Source: Octopus vulgaris (Eukaryota). From it: a DNA stretch of 64,000 bases. A model generated the notes under the pieces. It saw only the letters and a list, made by a program, of their open reading frames with translations. It made no database searches and was not told the DNA's origin. Position 1 is the first letter of the stretch. Every line of letters starts with the position of its first letter. Shown piece by piece: positions 1 to 11,800 of this stretch. The position numbers and the translations under genes are program-made. The stretch is taken from NCBI GenBank assembly GCA_951406725.2, contig OX597827.1, positions 78,740,001 to 78,804,000 on the forward strand. The letters run 5' to 3'.

Positions 1-227
1 CTCTCTCTCTCTCTCTCTCTCTCTTCTTTGCTCACATCATCTGTCGCTGTCCATATTTTATGAAATCAAAAAAAAAAAAGATGTAAACCGTTCAGTCTTC
101 ATTGTTTTGCAGATGAGAGTTGTTTGCGCCACGGTGCAGCAGACACGAAATCATTGAAGATTTAAAAAAAAAAATTAGTTCAATAAAAATAAAAAGAAAA
201 CCTAGTTTTTTTACTGTTGTCTCTTTT

Positions 228-248
228 ACTACTACTACTACTACTACT

Positions 249-295
<47 letters not shown>
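228..295. repeat. (ACT)n microsatellite
   Basis: Direct inspection. Comparable tracts are (AAT)n at 33615-33683 and (ATT)n at 50899-50957 and 51268-51323. Confidence 0.95.
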
Positions 296-1579
296 GTCCG
301 TTAACCAACAGTTCTACCTGTAACCCTACTCCATCCCTTTAACAACTACCACAGGCCTCAGTATTTCGTGTGTGTGTGTGTGTGTACAGTGTTCCTTATT
401 TTTACCCCTCTCTCATCATTAACCACCTCCTCCCTCCATTAAACAATTCTTACTTTCCCCCCCTCTTTACCTCTCACTTCACTCACTGTAAGTCCCCTTC
501 CTTCAGCTGAGAGCTTTTAAGAGTTTCACAAACGTAGGTAGATACAAACATTAATATTATTGAATCACACTGATAAAATCTGGTTTGTTTTCTATTCTAC
601 TTTTTGGTGGCTTTTATGAATTGCCTTTTGTCCTGCCTTTTGCCCTGCCTCATAATTATTAAATTACACAGACAATCTGTTTTATGTTTTACCTAACAGT
701 CAAAAGCACTCGAGCTGTGACCATCTGTCTTTTTATATTTTATTCTGCTTCAGGTTTTAATGCATGTTTTACCTTAGTTTCCATCTTCCTGTTCTGCCTT
801 ATGCTGTTTGTTCTTATGTTCTGCCTTACACCCTTTTATGATTGATCAACAATGAGTGCTTTTCTTGCAAATTTTCCTGCAGTGCGTCCAATTGAAGACA
901 CGACTTCTCTGCATTAATTGCAGAATGAGATCACCACGGCAGCGGCATTTTTCTAGAGAATAAAGGTCGAGCATCTTCAGCCTTTCTTCATAAGACAAAT
1001 TATTGTTTGCAGCATACAATAATTATGAAATGCTATTTATAATTGCTTATGTGAATCGTAATTTGTACATGAACACGCATTATTTTTCTTCCCTCTGAAT
1101 CAATAGCTGTTTACCTTACAATATCTCTCTTGAAATTTGTTAAGACATTGATATCTTATGAGAATTACTATTCTTTGCCGCTGAAGCTACTACCACAAAT
1201 GCATGAAGGATCATGGCCTTGTGGTTAGGCTGTTGCAGTAATGATTACTAGATTGTGGGTTCAATCCCCAGATTGGGCAGCACATTGTGTTCTAGAGCAA
1301 AAAACTTCATTTTACATTGGTCTAGTCCCTCTCTTGATCAGGGGGGAATGTTGATCCATTTGCCTAGCCAGCGGAGAGTTGTCATTCGAAGGAAAAGCGC
1401 ATTGTGACCAGTGATGTGTAACAACATCTGGTAGTCTGGTCAGTCACATGATCATATGAGTATCAAAGTAACCTCAAAATGATTATGTCAAAAGTATAAC
1501 AATTCTCTTTCCAGCCTAATGTATATGTATACACACACACACATATGTATGTATGTATGTATGTATGTATATATGTATA

Positions 1580-1616
<37 letters not shown>

Positions 1617-1620
<4 letters not shown>

Positions 1621-1780
1621 GGAATTTACAAAAAAACAAAAGACGAAGACAGGTGTGTAGACAACAAACAGGTGTATTAGTCTAATGCTTGGGAAGGTGA
1701 AAAAGTCCTTTATGTTTCGAGCCTATGCTCTTCAACAGAAGGGAGCACGAGAAAATAAACAGAGGATAAAAAATGCTTTA
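1617..1780 (-). mobile_element. Penelope-like terminal-repeat fragment with a minimal hammerhead motif, next to (TA)n
   Basis: Homologous to 55050-55240 and more distantly to 3475-3690. Carries CTGNNGA-A-GAGC-loop-GCTC-GAAA on the minus strand. Confidence 0.55.
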
Positions 1781-1964
1781 GTGGCTAGCAGTAGTTGAAA
1801 GGGCAGCTGTTGAACAACAATCTTTTTTGTGCATGGTACAAAAGATTGTACAGCAACTGACCTGGCTACATCAGTCTCACAGATGGGACTATCCCCAATA
1901 CACAAGACCACCATGGCAAATAGACCCAAGGTGGACACCACTGGCAACAACACAAACATCATAT

Positions 1965-2540
1965 TGGTGCTCTTACTGAATATCAGAGGGCTGTTAATAC
2001 TTAGTAACAGGACAAAAATTATTTTCCTAAGAGACCTTGTTGCATGCAATCACGCCTCATGCATAGCACTTATGGAAACACACCTGAAACCAGATATAGC
2101 AAATGCAGAAATACACATACCACAGTATGTTGTATTATGAACTGACAGAAAAGAAAGGAGTCACAGTGGAGTTGCTATGTACATCTGCAAAGACCTCATA
2201 CCCCTGGTCTTTTTGTCACACTCAAATTCAGTATGTGACACACCAATCGTACATATAAGACAACTTGATGTAGTTATAGCTCTCCAGATGCTCCGAATCA
2301 TGTGGATAAGTTTGAAGACTGCCTTACAATAGTAGAAGTTCTAGTTACATTAGAACAACACGTAAGTGTACTTCTTATGGGAGATTTCAATCTGCCCAAT
2401 GTTGGATGGCCTGAGGGTTTTTCTGTCCCAGGAATGGCGTGTTGCAAACAAGGACAGGTGAAGGCTCTCCTGAACCTCATCAACACTTTGTACATGGAGC
2501 AAACAGTACTCCAACCAACCAGGGCAGGTAATATACTAAA
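1965..2540 (+). mobile_element. Decayed LINE apurinic-like endonuclease (CR1/L2-like) fragment
   Basis: Motifs LLNIRGL, IALMETHL, SGVAMYI, LLMGDFNLP and QPTRAGNIL are spread across stops and frameshifts. Confidence 0.8.
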
Positions 2541-2619
2541 ACTTCATAAGATGTACCTGATGTAAGCTATGGACACATAAGAAGTGCAGTAATATCAAAG
2601 GAAGGTTAACTGGAAAGAT

Positions 2620-3230
2620 AGTTTTTGTGTGTAGCAGAAGAACAGGTGCAATAAACACTGAAGATGTACAGGATACAGATTCCATCACATGCCAGGGAAA
2701 AAGCTAGAAGTAGTTGATAGCTTCCATTACCTAGGTGACCAAGCCAGTAGTTGGGTGGATGCTCTGAGAATAAGAATAGCCTACTAGAATAAGAATAGCC
2801 TGGGCAAAGGTCAGAGAGCTCCTACCTCAGCTGGTAACAATGGGCCTCTTCCTCAGAGTGAAAGGTAGGCTGTATGGTACCAGTGTGCAAACAATCATGC
2901 TACACAGCAGTGAAACATGGGCTGTGACTGCTGCGGACATGCATGGGCTTAAAAGAAATGAAGTTAGTATGCTCTGCTGGATGTGTAATGTCAGTATGCA
3001 TACATGACAGAGTGTAAGCGCCCTGAGAGAAAAGTTGGACATAAGATGCATCAGATGTGATGTGCAAGAGAGACAACTGTGCTGGTATGATCATGTGTTG
3101 CATATGGACGAGGACAGCTATGTGAAGAAGTGTCACACCCTAACAGTGGAGGGAACTTGTGGAAGAGGTAGACCCAGGAAGAGATGGGATGAGGTGGTGA
3201 AGCATGACCTTCAAATGTTGGGCCTGACTT
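2620..3230 (+). mobile_element. RTE-clade LINE, 3' part of ORF2 (decayed)
   Basis: Translates to LEVVDSFHYLG, RIAWAK, MLHSSETWAV, WYDHVLHM and GRGRPRKRW, typical of the post-RT region of RTE elements. Confidence 0.85.
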
Positions 3231-3462
3231 GTCCCATGCCAGTGGCACATAAAAAGCACCATTCAAGCATGGCCGATGCCAGTACTGCCTGACTGGCCCT
3301 CATGCCAGTAGCATGTAAAAAGCATCCACTACACTCTCAGAGTGGTTAGCGTTAAGAAGGGCATCCAGCAGTAGAAACATGCCAGATCAGATTGAAGCCT
3401 CATGCAGCCTTCAAACCGTCCAACTCATGCCAGCATGGAAAGTGGATGTTAAATGACGATGA
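3230..3462 (+). mobile_element. RTE-associated 3' tail repeat ending in (GAT)n
   Basis: GCCAGTGGCAYRTAAAAAGCACC subrepeats, then AAGGGCATCCAGC and CATGCCAGCATGGAAAG. Homologous copies lie at ~14112-14530 (-), 37083-37292 (-) and 48790-49308 (+). Confidence 0.7.
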
Positions 3463-3582
3463 TAAATATATAGGTAATTCCAAAAAAAACAACAGAGAAA
3501 AAATCACAAGAAGAAAACAACAACATGAGGAAGAGGTACATGCAAAGTATTAATAAGACGCTCAGGGAAGGAAAGAAAGGGT

Positions 3583-3617
3583 GTTTTACATTTCGAGCAC
3601 AGCTCTTCTTCAGAAAG
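3583..3617 (-). ncRNA. Minimal type I hammerhead ribozyme-like motif
   Basis: Minus strand reads CTTT-CTGAAGA-A-GAGC-TGT-GCTC-GAAA-TG-TA-AAA. The CUGANGA and GAAA core is intact, with a 4-bp stem II and a GUA cleavage triplet. Confidence 0.6.
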
Positions 3618-3696
3618 AAGAGACAGAGGAAAGTCCAAGAGAAAAGGAAGACGGAGGAAAAAAAATCATCAACAAACCACATGTAGCATTTTAGAA

Positions 3697-3740
<44 letters not shown>

Positions 3741-4599
3741 TATATGTGTATAATAGGGATGACCACTGAGTGGACATCCAATATGCGGTTACAATACAAA
3801 AACTCCTTTGAGTCTAAAAACAAAAAGCAAGGGAGTTAACTCCAATAATATCAACCTCTGCTGAAGTTGACTTTGCCTTTCATGTTTTTCAGAGTTGATA
3901 AAATAAGTAGCAGTCAAGCGCTGTGGTCAGTGTAATGAATTATTCCCCTCACCCGCCAAATTTCAGGCCTTGTGCCTATAATAGACAGACTTATTATTTG
4001 TAGCATTATTATATACTTTGACCTTCCCCATTAGAAAGAAATTATTTCATCTCACAAAGTTTCTAAATTCTAAGGACATATCACTTTCCAATTTTGGCAC
4101 ATGGCCAGCAAATTGTAAGGGAAGAAGTCAATTACATCGAAACCCCACCACCACCACCACCACCCCAGTTTTCAACTGGTATTTGTTTTATCAACTCTGA
4201 AAGGATGAAAGGCAAAGTCAGTCTCAGTGGAAATTGAACTCAGAACATAAAGTACAGATGAAATGCCCCTAAGCATTTCGTCCGGCGTGCTAACAGTTCT
4301 GCCAACTTGCCACCTTAAATTCCTTGGGCATATCCTTTCTGCTATACGCACAAGGTTTGGAATTTTGATTACATTGACCCCAGTACATAATAATAAGTAC
4401 TTACTCTATCAACCCTGAAAGGATGAAATATAAAGTCAATGCCAGCAGAATTTGAACTCAGAACGGAGACAGATGCAATGTCACTTAGCATTTTGTCCAA
4501 CGTACTAACAATTGTGTCAGTTTGCCACCTTAAATTCTCAGGGGATAGCAACATACAATTCTTGCAGGTAAGAAATGGCTTTTAAAATGGATATTTTTT

Positions 4600-5009
4600 T
4601 ACTCTTTCACTTGTTTCAGTCATTTGACTGTGGCCATGCTGGAACACTGCCTTTAGTTGAGCAAATCGACCCCAGGACTTATTCTTTGTAAGCCTAGTAC
4701 TTATTCTATTGGACTCTTTTGCTGAGCCACTAAGTTACCGGGACGTAAACACACCAGCATCTGTTGTCAAGTGATGTTGGGGGGACAAACACAGACACAC
4801 AAACATACCCACACACATACTTATATATATATATATGCATATACACATATACGATGAGCTTCTTTCAGTTTCCCTCTACCAAATCCACTCACAAGGCTTT
4901 GGTCGGCCCAAGGCTATAGTAGAAGACACTTGCCCAAGGTGCCATGCAGTGGGACTGATCCCGGAACCATGTGGTTGGTAAGCAAGTTTCTCACCACACA
5001 GCCACTCCT
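4600..5009 (-). mobile_element. tRNA-headed SINE family B, full length
   Basis: Minus-strand head AGGAGTGGCTGTGTGG...GGTTCCGGGATCAGTCCC (A/B boxes), then CCTTGGGCAAGTGTCTT and an internal TA/TG microsatellite. Other copies lie at ~6265-6790, 7574-7865, 14560-14740, 45240-45612, 50145-50350 and 52180-52330. Confidence 0.8.
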
Positions 5010-5929
5010 AGAGAAAACTTGCAGGGTTGCTTTGGTCAAATGGTAGAACATCTACCATGTTTATGGATAATATGGGTTCGTATCCCATTGGCAGCCTTTG
5101 AAATTTTTTTTGCACCCAAGGGTTTTTTTTTAAACCAAATATTCTTCATGCTATTATAGTTTTATCTGCTTCTAGTTTTACATTTAAAAACTAAATCATC
5201 TTAGTTTCCTCAAAACATTAAGGTCATCGGTGTTACCCGTGTTCCGAGAGTCTATGAAGGCTATGGGTTGTGGCCCTTCCTTCAGGTCTAGCAAAGCTAC
5301 AAACAAAAGCAAAAACTACATTGTCTTGCTTTGCCTCCCTCCCACAACCTGCAAAAATTGAATTAGCTGTTATTATAGGAGTTACTTCCCTTGTTTTGTT
5401 GTTGTCAAATCCCCCCCCCCAAATGGGAGTTTTTGACTTTTAATTGCAAGGATACTTTTAATTTATATTAGAATTTCTTCGGGTGGTGTTGTAGGGTGGA
5501 AGGAATAAAGTGATTAAGTGGATATTGTCAAATTTCACCCTGCCACAAAATGGGAGTTTTTGACTTTTAATTGCAAGGATATTCTTAATTTATTGAAAAT
5601 TTTCACATGGGAGACCCTATTATATTAGAATTTCCTTGGGTTCGTGTCGTAGGGTGGGAGGACTAAAGTGAGTAAGTGTGTGTTTTTAGAGGGATACACT
5701 TGCAAGATTGTGGTTTCAATCCCTGGATGGGGTAGTGCATTATATTCTTGAGCAAAACATTTCTTTCACATTACTTCAATCCATTCAGCTGTAACCCTGC
5801 AAGAGACTGGCATCTTAGCCAGGAGGAATGTTGCCATCTCACTCATATGCTATTAAAATAAATTGGGTAACTGGTCCTATGAGTGTTTAGGGCTCAAAGC
5901 AGTAAAATCCAGGGATTATTGATGATGAT

Positions 5930-6100
5930 CGTCTGCGGTTACGTTCTGAGTTCAAATTCCGCCGAGGTCGACTTTGCCTTTCATCCTTTGGGGGTCGATA
6001 AATTAAGTACCAGTTATGCACTGGGGTCGTTGTAATCGACTTAATCCCTTTGTCTGTCCCCTCTGTATTTAACCCCTTGTGGGGGTAGTAAAGAAATAGG
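5930..6100 (+). mobile_element. 5'-truncated SINE family A with target-site duplication
   Basis: B box GAGTTCAAATTCC and core GTCGACTTTGCCTTTCATCCTTT...GTCGATAAA..AAGTACCAG. GGATTATTGATGATGAT is repeated on both flanks. Confidence 0.85.
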
Positions 6101-6351
6101 ATTATTGATGATGATGATGATGAGGAGGAGGAGGATTGGAAGCTCATGATGATCTCATTGGTCGCTGCTGTGGGTTTGACAGGTCCTTATGCTCCTCTGT
6201 CATCTCACCATGTCCTTCAAACACAGCTGCCTTGTATCTAACATATCACACAATATCCTTCTACCTGTCTCAGTCATTAGGCTGCGGCCATGCTGGGGCA
6301 CCACCTTGAAGAATTTTTAGTCAAATGAATTGACCCCAATACTTTTTAGTT

Positions 6352-6580
6352 TTTCTCTTTATCCACAAGGGGCTAAACACAGAGAGGACAAACAAGGACA
6401 GACAAACGGATTAAGTCGATTATATCAACCCCAGTGCGTAACTGGTACTTATTTAATCAACCCCGAAAGGATGAAAGGCAAAGCCGACCTCAGCAGAATT
6501 TGAACTTAGAACGTAGTGGCAGACAAAATACCGCTAAGCATTTCACCCAGTGTGCTAATGTTTCTACCAGCTCGCCACCT
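6352..6580 (-). mobile_element. SINE family A nested inside a family B SINE
   Basis: Full family A sequence in reverse orientation. Family B sequence resumes on both sides (6265-6350 and 6585-6790). Confidence 0.8.
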
Positions 6581-7776
6581 TTTTAGCCTATTCTATCACA
6601 CATTTTAGCCAAACTGCAGTTATGGGGATGTAAACAAACCAACACCAGTTGTCAAGTGGTGGTGGAGGATAAACACAAAGACACACACATATATATATAT
6701 ATATAAGCAACGGGCTTCTTTTAGTTTCCGTCTGCCAAATCCACTCATAAAGCTTTGGTTGGCCCCAGGTTATAGCAGTAGACCCTTGCCCTACTGAGGT
6801 CAAATGCTGCCAGGGTCGACTTTATCTTTCATCCTTCTGGGGCTGATAGAATAAGTACCAGTTGAGTACTGTGGTCAATTTAATCAACTTACCCCTCTCC
6901 TGAAACTGCTGGCCTTGTGCCAAAATTTGAAACCATTATTATCATCATTATTATTATTATTATTATTATTACTGTCATGTCACCATGACAGTAATACCAG
7001 TTTCAAGTTTTGGCTGAAGACAGACAGTTTTGACCTCCAGTGTTTAACTGGTACCTATTTTATTGGCCCCAGAAGGACGAAAGGCAAAGTCGACCTCGGG
7101 GGAACTTAAACTCAGAACATAAGGGTGGATGAAATGCCACTAAGCATTTTGCCTGGTGTGCTAACGATTCTGCCAGCTCACTGCCTTAGTAGTAGTAGGA
7201 GTAGTAGTAGCAGCCGTTCAAGAATTTGGACCTGGAGATCTCCATTTCCAGTGACTTCAGGGGCCACCTCCCAGTGGTGTTGGGCGTCAATGATGAGCCC
7301 TCGACTACAATAAGATGACCAAAGTTTTTTTTTTTCCCCAAGGTCTGGGGTCTCTCGCCCCTAAGCCCTAGACCATCACCTAATCACCCCTACCCATCTT
7401 GTTGCTTAATAACAGCAGCAGCAGCAGTAGAAGTAGCAGCAGCGGCGGTGGTGGTGGTGGTGGTAGTAGTAGTAGTAGTGGTAATAGTAGTAGTAGTAGT
7501 AGTAATAGGTTTTAAGGTCACAGTTTAGGAAGAGGGTATTGACTAGTGCTGGCTCTAATATCTATAGTTTATCTCTCTTTCACTTGTTTCAGTCATTTGA
7601 CTGAGGCCATGCTGGAGCACCGCCTTTAGTCAAGCAAATCAACCCCAAGACTTATTCTCTGTAAGCCTAGTACTTATTCTATCAGTCTCTCTTTGCCGAA
7701 TCGCTAAGTTACAGGGACATAAACACACCAGCATTGGTTGTCAAGCGATGTTGGGGGGACAAACACAGACACACAA

Positions 7777-7807
<31 letters not shown>

Positions 7808-8749
7808 CATATCTATGACGGGCTTCTTTCAGTTTCCATCTACCAAATTCACTCACAAGGCTTTATGTTAGAAATATCAAGCTCCAAGTTCAAATCTAGT
7901 TGTGACTAACTTGGATTTTATTGCTTCTGAGTTAATCAAAGCAGTACCAGTAATGGCCCAGGGTGGATACAATCACCCATACTCCAACCCCCTCGTTTTC
8001 AGATCCTTGTACCCGAAAGAGTTAATAACAAGTAAACCGTATGGAATTGCAGCAGAGTATTTTATTTTATTAGTTATCGCCGAGGTACATCGTTGTCAAT
8101 AAAACTGAATTCCAGCAAAGTCCTGCTTCCATAGTTATGAACAGACATTTATTATCATCAGAGACACATTTTAGATGTATTGTTGCACAGAAGGAACATT
8201 TTTACTGGTATGGAAGGACTGAAGGGATAATTTTCCCATGGCAATGTAGCAAAGAGGATCATGTCTTCCACTGGTATGGAAGTACATAGGGACCATCTTT
8301 TAGCTTTTCAGAAGTCCAGATGGACCCTATTCTACTGGTTGTTGTTAGCCCTGATTAATCACATCTATGGTATGTCATTAGTGCGATCCAATGATTTATA
8401 ATATTTCTATATAGCTTCACCTGTCTTGAGTTGACGACCAAGCTACAAACTCAGTATCATTGTATTAATGCATCATTGCAGTTAACCATGTAGTTTTCTG
8501 TTGTTTAACCCCAGGTCATCTCTGATCCAGTAGGCATATTCAAAGACATTCCAGCCATGCCCATCTCATCAGTCTAAGGTTATCATGGACTCCATTATTC
8601 AATGTTTCTACCCTTATGTAAGATGATATGGTATGATTTGAGTGAGACATGGCTGCTATTTTAAGCAAGTAGATCAACCTGATAGAGGTTCCTTTACTGG
8701 TAGTGTTGTAGTAGTCACAGTGGAGACAGCTGAAGTGGGCCTGGTTGGA

Positions 8750-10370
8750 TCACATCAGTTGTTGTTCCTTTGCACTGACCCCTGACCCTGTTTCTGTGTC
8801 AGGACAGAAGCATTGATGTTGTTGCGGTGCTTGTCAGGATTGAGTGGGGAAGATAGCATTGTAGTAATGTTCTGGGGTATCATAGACATACCTGGGTATT
8901 TGGGGGGGGGATTGTGTTGCAGTGGCAGCAGAGACTGTAAGGGTTCCATCCCTGCAGTGACAAACTATGTCCCTCAGCTTTTAGTAGGGAAGGCAGGGGT
9001 CTGTGTGCAACCTGTGATGATGTAAAACACAGTCTTGTAGTGTTTGTAGTTTATTGTGGAGACCGAGAGGATTTAAGCAAGATAGGCATTATCCACAATG
9101 GGCTTAATGGATATACATATATATTAGTGTCTGTATTGTTTATCTTGACCACATAATCCATAAGGTACATAAGATAAATATATAAAGGTCAGTGGTGTTT
9201 ATCCTGATCATATACACACACATATATATATCTATATGGAAGCACTCCACCGGTTACGACGATGAGGGTTCCAGTTGATCCGATCAACAGAACAGCCTGC
9301 TCGTGAAATTAATGTGTAAGTGGCTGAGCACTCCACAGACATGTGTACCCATAACGTAGTTCTCGGGGATATTCAGTGTGACACAGAGAGTGACAAGGCC
9401 GGCCCCTTGAAATACAGGTACAACAGAAACAGGAAGTAAGAGTGAGAGAAAGTTGTGGTGAAAGAGTACAGTAGGGATCACCACCATCCCCTGCCGGAGC
9501 CTTGTGGAGCTTTCAGGTGTTGTTGCTCAATAAACACTCACAACACCTGGTCTGGGAATCGAAACCGCGATCCTATGACCACGAGTCCACTGCCCTAACC
9601 ACTGGGCCATTGCGCCTCCACATATATATATATATATACTGTGAGTGTCCTAAGGATGTTTTTGTATTACTTTGCTTTCATTACAATATCTTCCACACTT
9701 TTGTGAATATTATAAAGACACATGTAATAAATACTATATCCTCATATTCCATGCAGTATATTTATGTGACTCTGTCAGCTGGTTGTAGCTTTGGTGTCAG
9801 ATATTGTAAGAAGGAAGATGAGAGAGTTTTAGTCGATTTGTTTGGAGCCAAGTTTCTCGGTGGTTGACGTAAGTTTGTTTCAGTTTGTGTCTACAGCTGT
9901 GTCTACAAAAATGGTCGACTGACTTGATTGTAATAGCATCAACACATGAAGCTGGGTTGGTTTTGTGTGGGTGTTGGCATGAATTAAAATGAAAGGGTAG
10001 CAGGATGGATCCTTGCAGTACACCATTTAGGAAATAGCAGATTCTGAATGTGTTACGATTGTACTGTACAGAAGCTCTGAGTTGTTTCCTGCACAGTGGT
10101 ACAGGAATGGGTAAACTGAGAAGTAATTTGTCACCTGACATTTTGTGTTTGTGTTGAGTATTTTATTCTAAGAAGTGGGTAACTAGGGATTGGATTAAGT
10201 ATTTACTGATGCCATTAGTAATTATGATAATATATGTAGGGTTTTTGTCGTTGTTGAAGGCAATCTTTGTGTGGCATTTGTGAGTAATGTAAACCCTAAG
10301 TGTAATAGTTTGTGTGAAGCTGTTGTGAGTAGGTTTTAGAATTGGAATAATTATTTGGCTCACTTTTCAA
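8750..10370 (-). mobile_element. Decayed LINE reverse transcriptase region interrupted by a SINE
   Basis: ORF 9797-10141 contains NGVLQGSILLPFHFN and CVDAITI, degenerate versions of GVPQGSVLxPxLFN and YADDITI. Cys-rich C-terminal remnants lie at ~8870-9030. Confidence 0.6.
9237..9620 (-). mobile_element. tRNA-headed SINE family C
   Basis: Minus-strand head GGAGGCGCAATGGCCCAGTGGTTAGGGCAGTGGACTCG...GGTTTCGATTCCC (A/B boxes). Related copies lie at ~1205-1450, 20650-21510, 34958-35298, 43170-43425 and 57845-58150. Confidence 0.75.
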
Positions 10371-10464
10371 AAGAAAAAAAAATGTTGGGGATGATTTGCC
10401 GATGTTGATATGAGCAAGTGCAGTTGTTGGTAAGATCTGTAATTCCTTCAGGCCCTCATTCTTC

Positions 10465-10565
10465 TGCCACATTCTTCACACTTGAATGGTTTTTTGCCGG
10501 TGTGAGTGGCATGGTGAGATTTCAGTTGTCCTCCCTGTGCAAATTCCTTACCACAGATATCACAT
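10465..10565 (-). pseudogene. Isolated 101-bp duplicate of finger 9 and the start of finger 10 of the 492-aa ZNF gene
   Basis: Matches 12229-12329 with 3 substitutions and no indels. Translates as [33 protein letters not shown]. Confidence 0.9.
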
Positions 10566-11800
10566 CAGGTTTTTTTTGTTTTTGAGGGGACCCTGAGGAT
10601 TTTGAGCTTGGGAATTTCCCTATTATTTTTCTGGTGAGTGGTAGAAGGAAGGGGTAAAGGTCATGGTCTAAGTGGAGGGTTTATGTTTTGGGGGCCTCAA
10701 TGTGGTACTTCAACCTGCTAGAAATAGCAAACAAATCTCCCTCAAATCATACTGTTCTCTAAGAAAAATGGGGACACACACATCAGAATAAACAACACAA
10801 TTCTGATGAATTATTTGAATGAAATTCCAAATTAGAGTCTTGTTGCTGTTGTTGCTGTTTAGCCCCAATTCAGCCCTGATCAAGCAAACCAAGGATCACA
10901 GGTATTCTAGCCATGACCATCCCATTTTTTTCAGACATGGTGTACTCTATATCTTTCTTGAGATGCCTGAGTGGAATTTATGGGAGATATGGCAGCTATT
11001 TCTAGCAAGCTGGGCAACCAAACAGAACCTCACCTGTGTTATACAAGTTAGTGTACATACGTACATGTGTATATATGGATGGATGGATGAGTGAGTATAT
11101 GTACATTTGTATGTAAGTATGGATGGATGGATATGAATGTGTGTATGGATGTATGTAACCATTTTGAAGGTGTGTGAGATATATATGATATGTACACATG
11201 CATATACATGCTGAATATAAAGGTTGTGTATACACTGAGTAAGTATCTGTATGTGCATGTGTGTGTGTATGTGTCACTGTAGCACAGCCCTATATTGTTA
11301 CAGGAATAAATGGAGGGATAAGATATGATGGAGTCCTGACAAATGGGAAGACAGGTGAGGGCGCAGGTGCATGCAGGTCATTAATGATATTATCAACTGG
11401 ACACAGGTGTTAACCCAGGTATGGGTTGATGTCTGACAACTGTTGGGATATTCCTTGTTTAGTTTTTGTTTTTCATTTGGGTCAATTTCCCTCTCACACC
11501 TTTGTTCAAACACCCCAGTCCAACAGAGGAAACCAAACTGTCAGATGATGCCAGCTGGGATTGAACTTTTGATCTATCCATCTCTGCACCCACCACATTA
11601 ACACATTTCAGTTTGGTACATTAGATAAGAAAAAACTATCAACACTGACTTGACAAGATATTAAATGTTACTTTAGAGGTGATATGGTTGACAATGGTAT
11701 TTTTTTTTTCAAGGGCTACGGTTGGGAGGGATCCCTTCCTGCAGGAAACCCCAAATTCATAGTCTGATATTTCGTTTTACTTAATGTTTTTCACAAATGT

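Noticed and set aside
100-1000. Possible plus-strand exons near the window start (acceptor-like sites at ~112 and ~882)
   Set aside because: There is no coherent reading frame or strong matching donor, so it cannot be supported without transcripts.
9545-9620. tRNA-like sequences at SINE heads (also 16700-16786 and 4940-5009)
   Set aside because: A and B boxes are present, but no complete cloverleaf or acceptor stem, and each continues into a SINE body.
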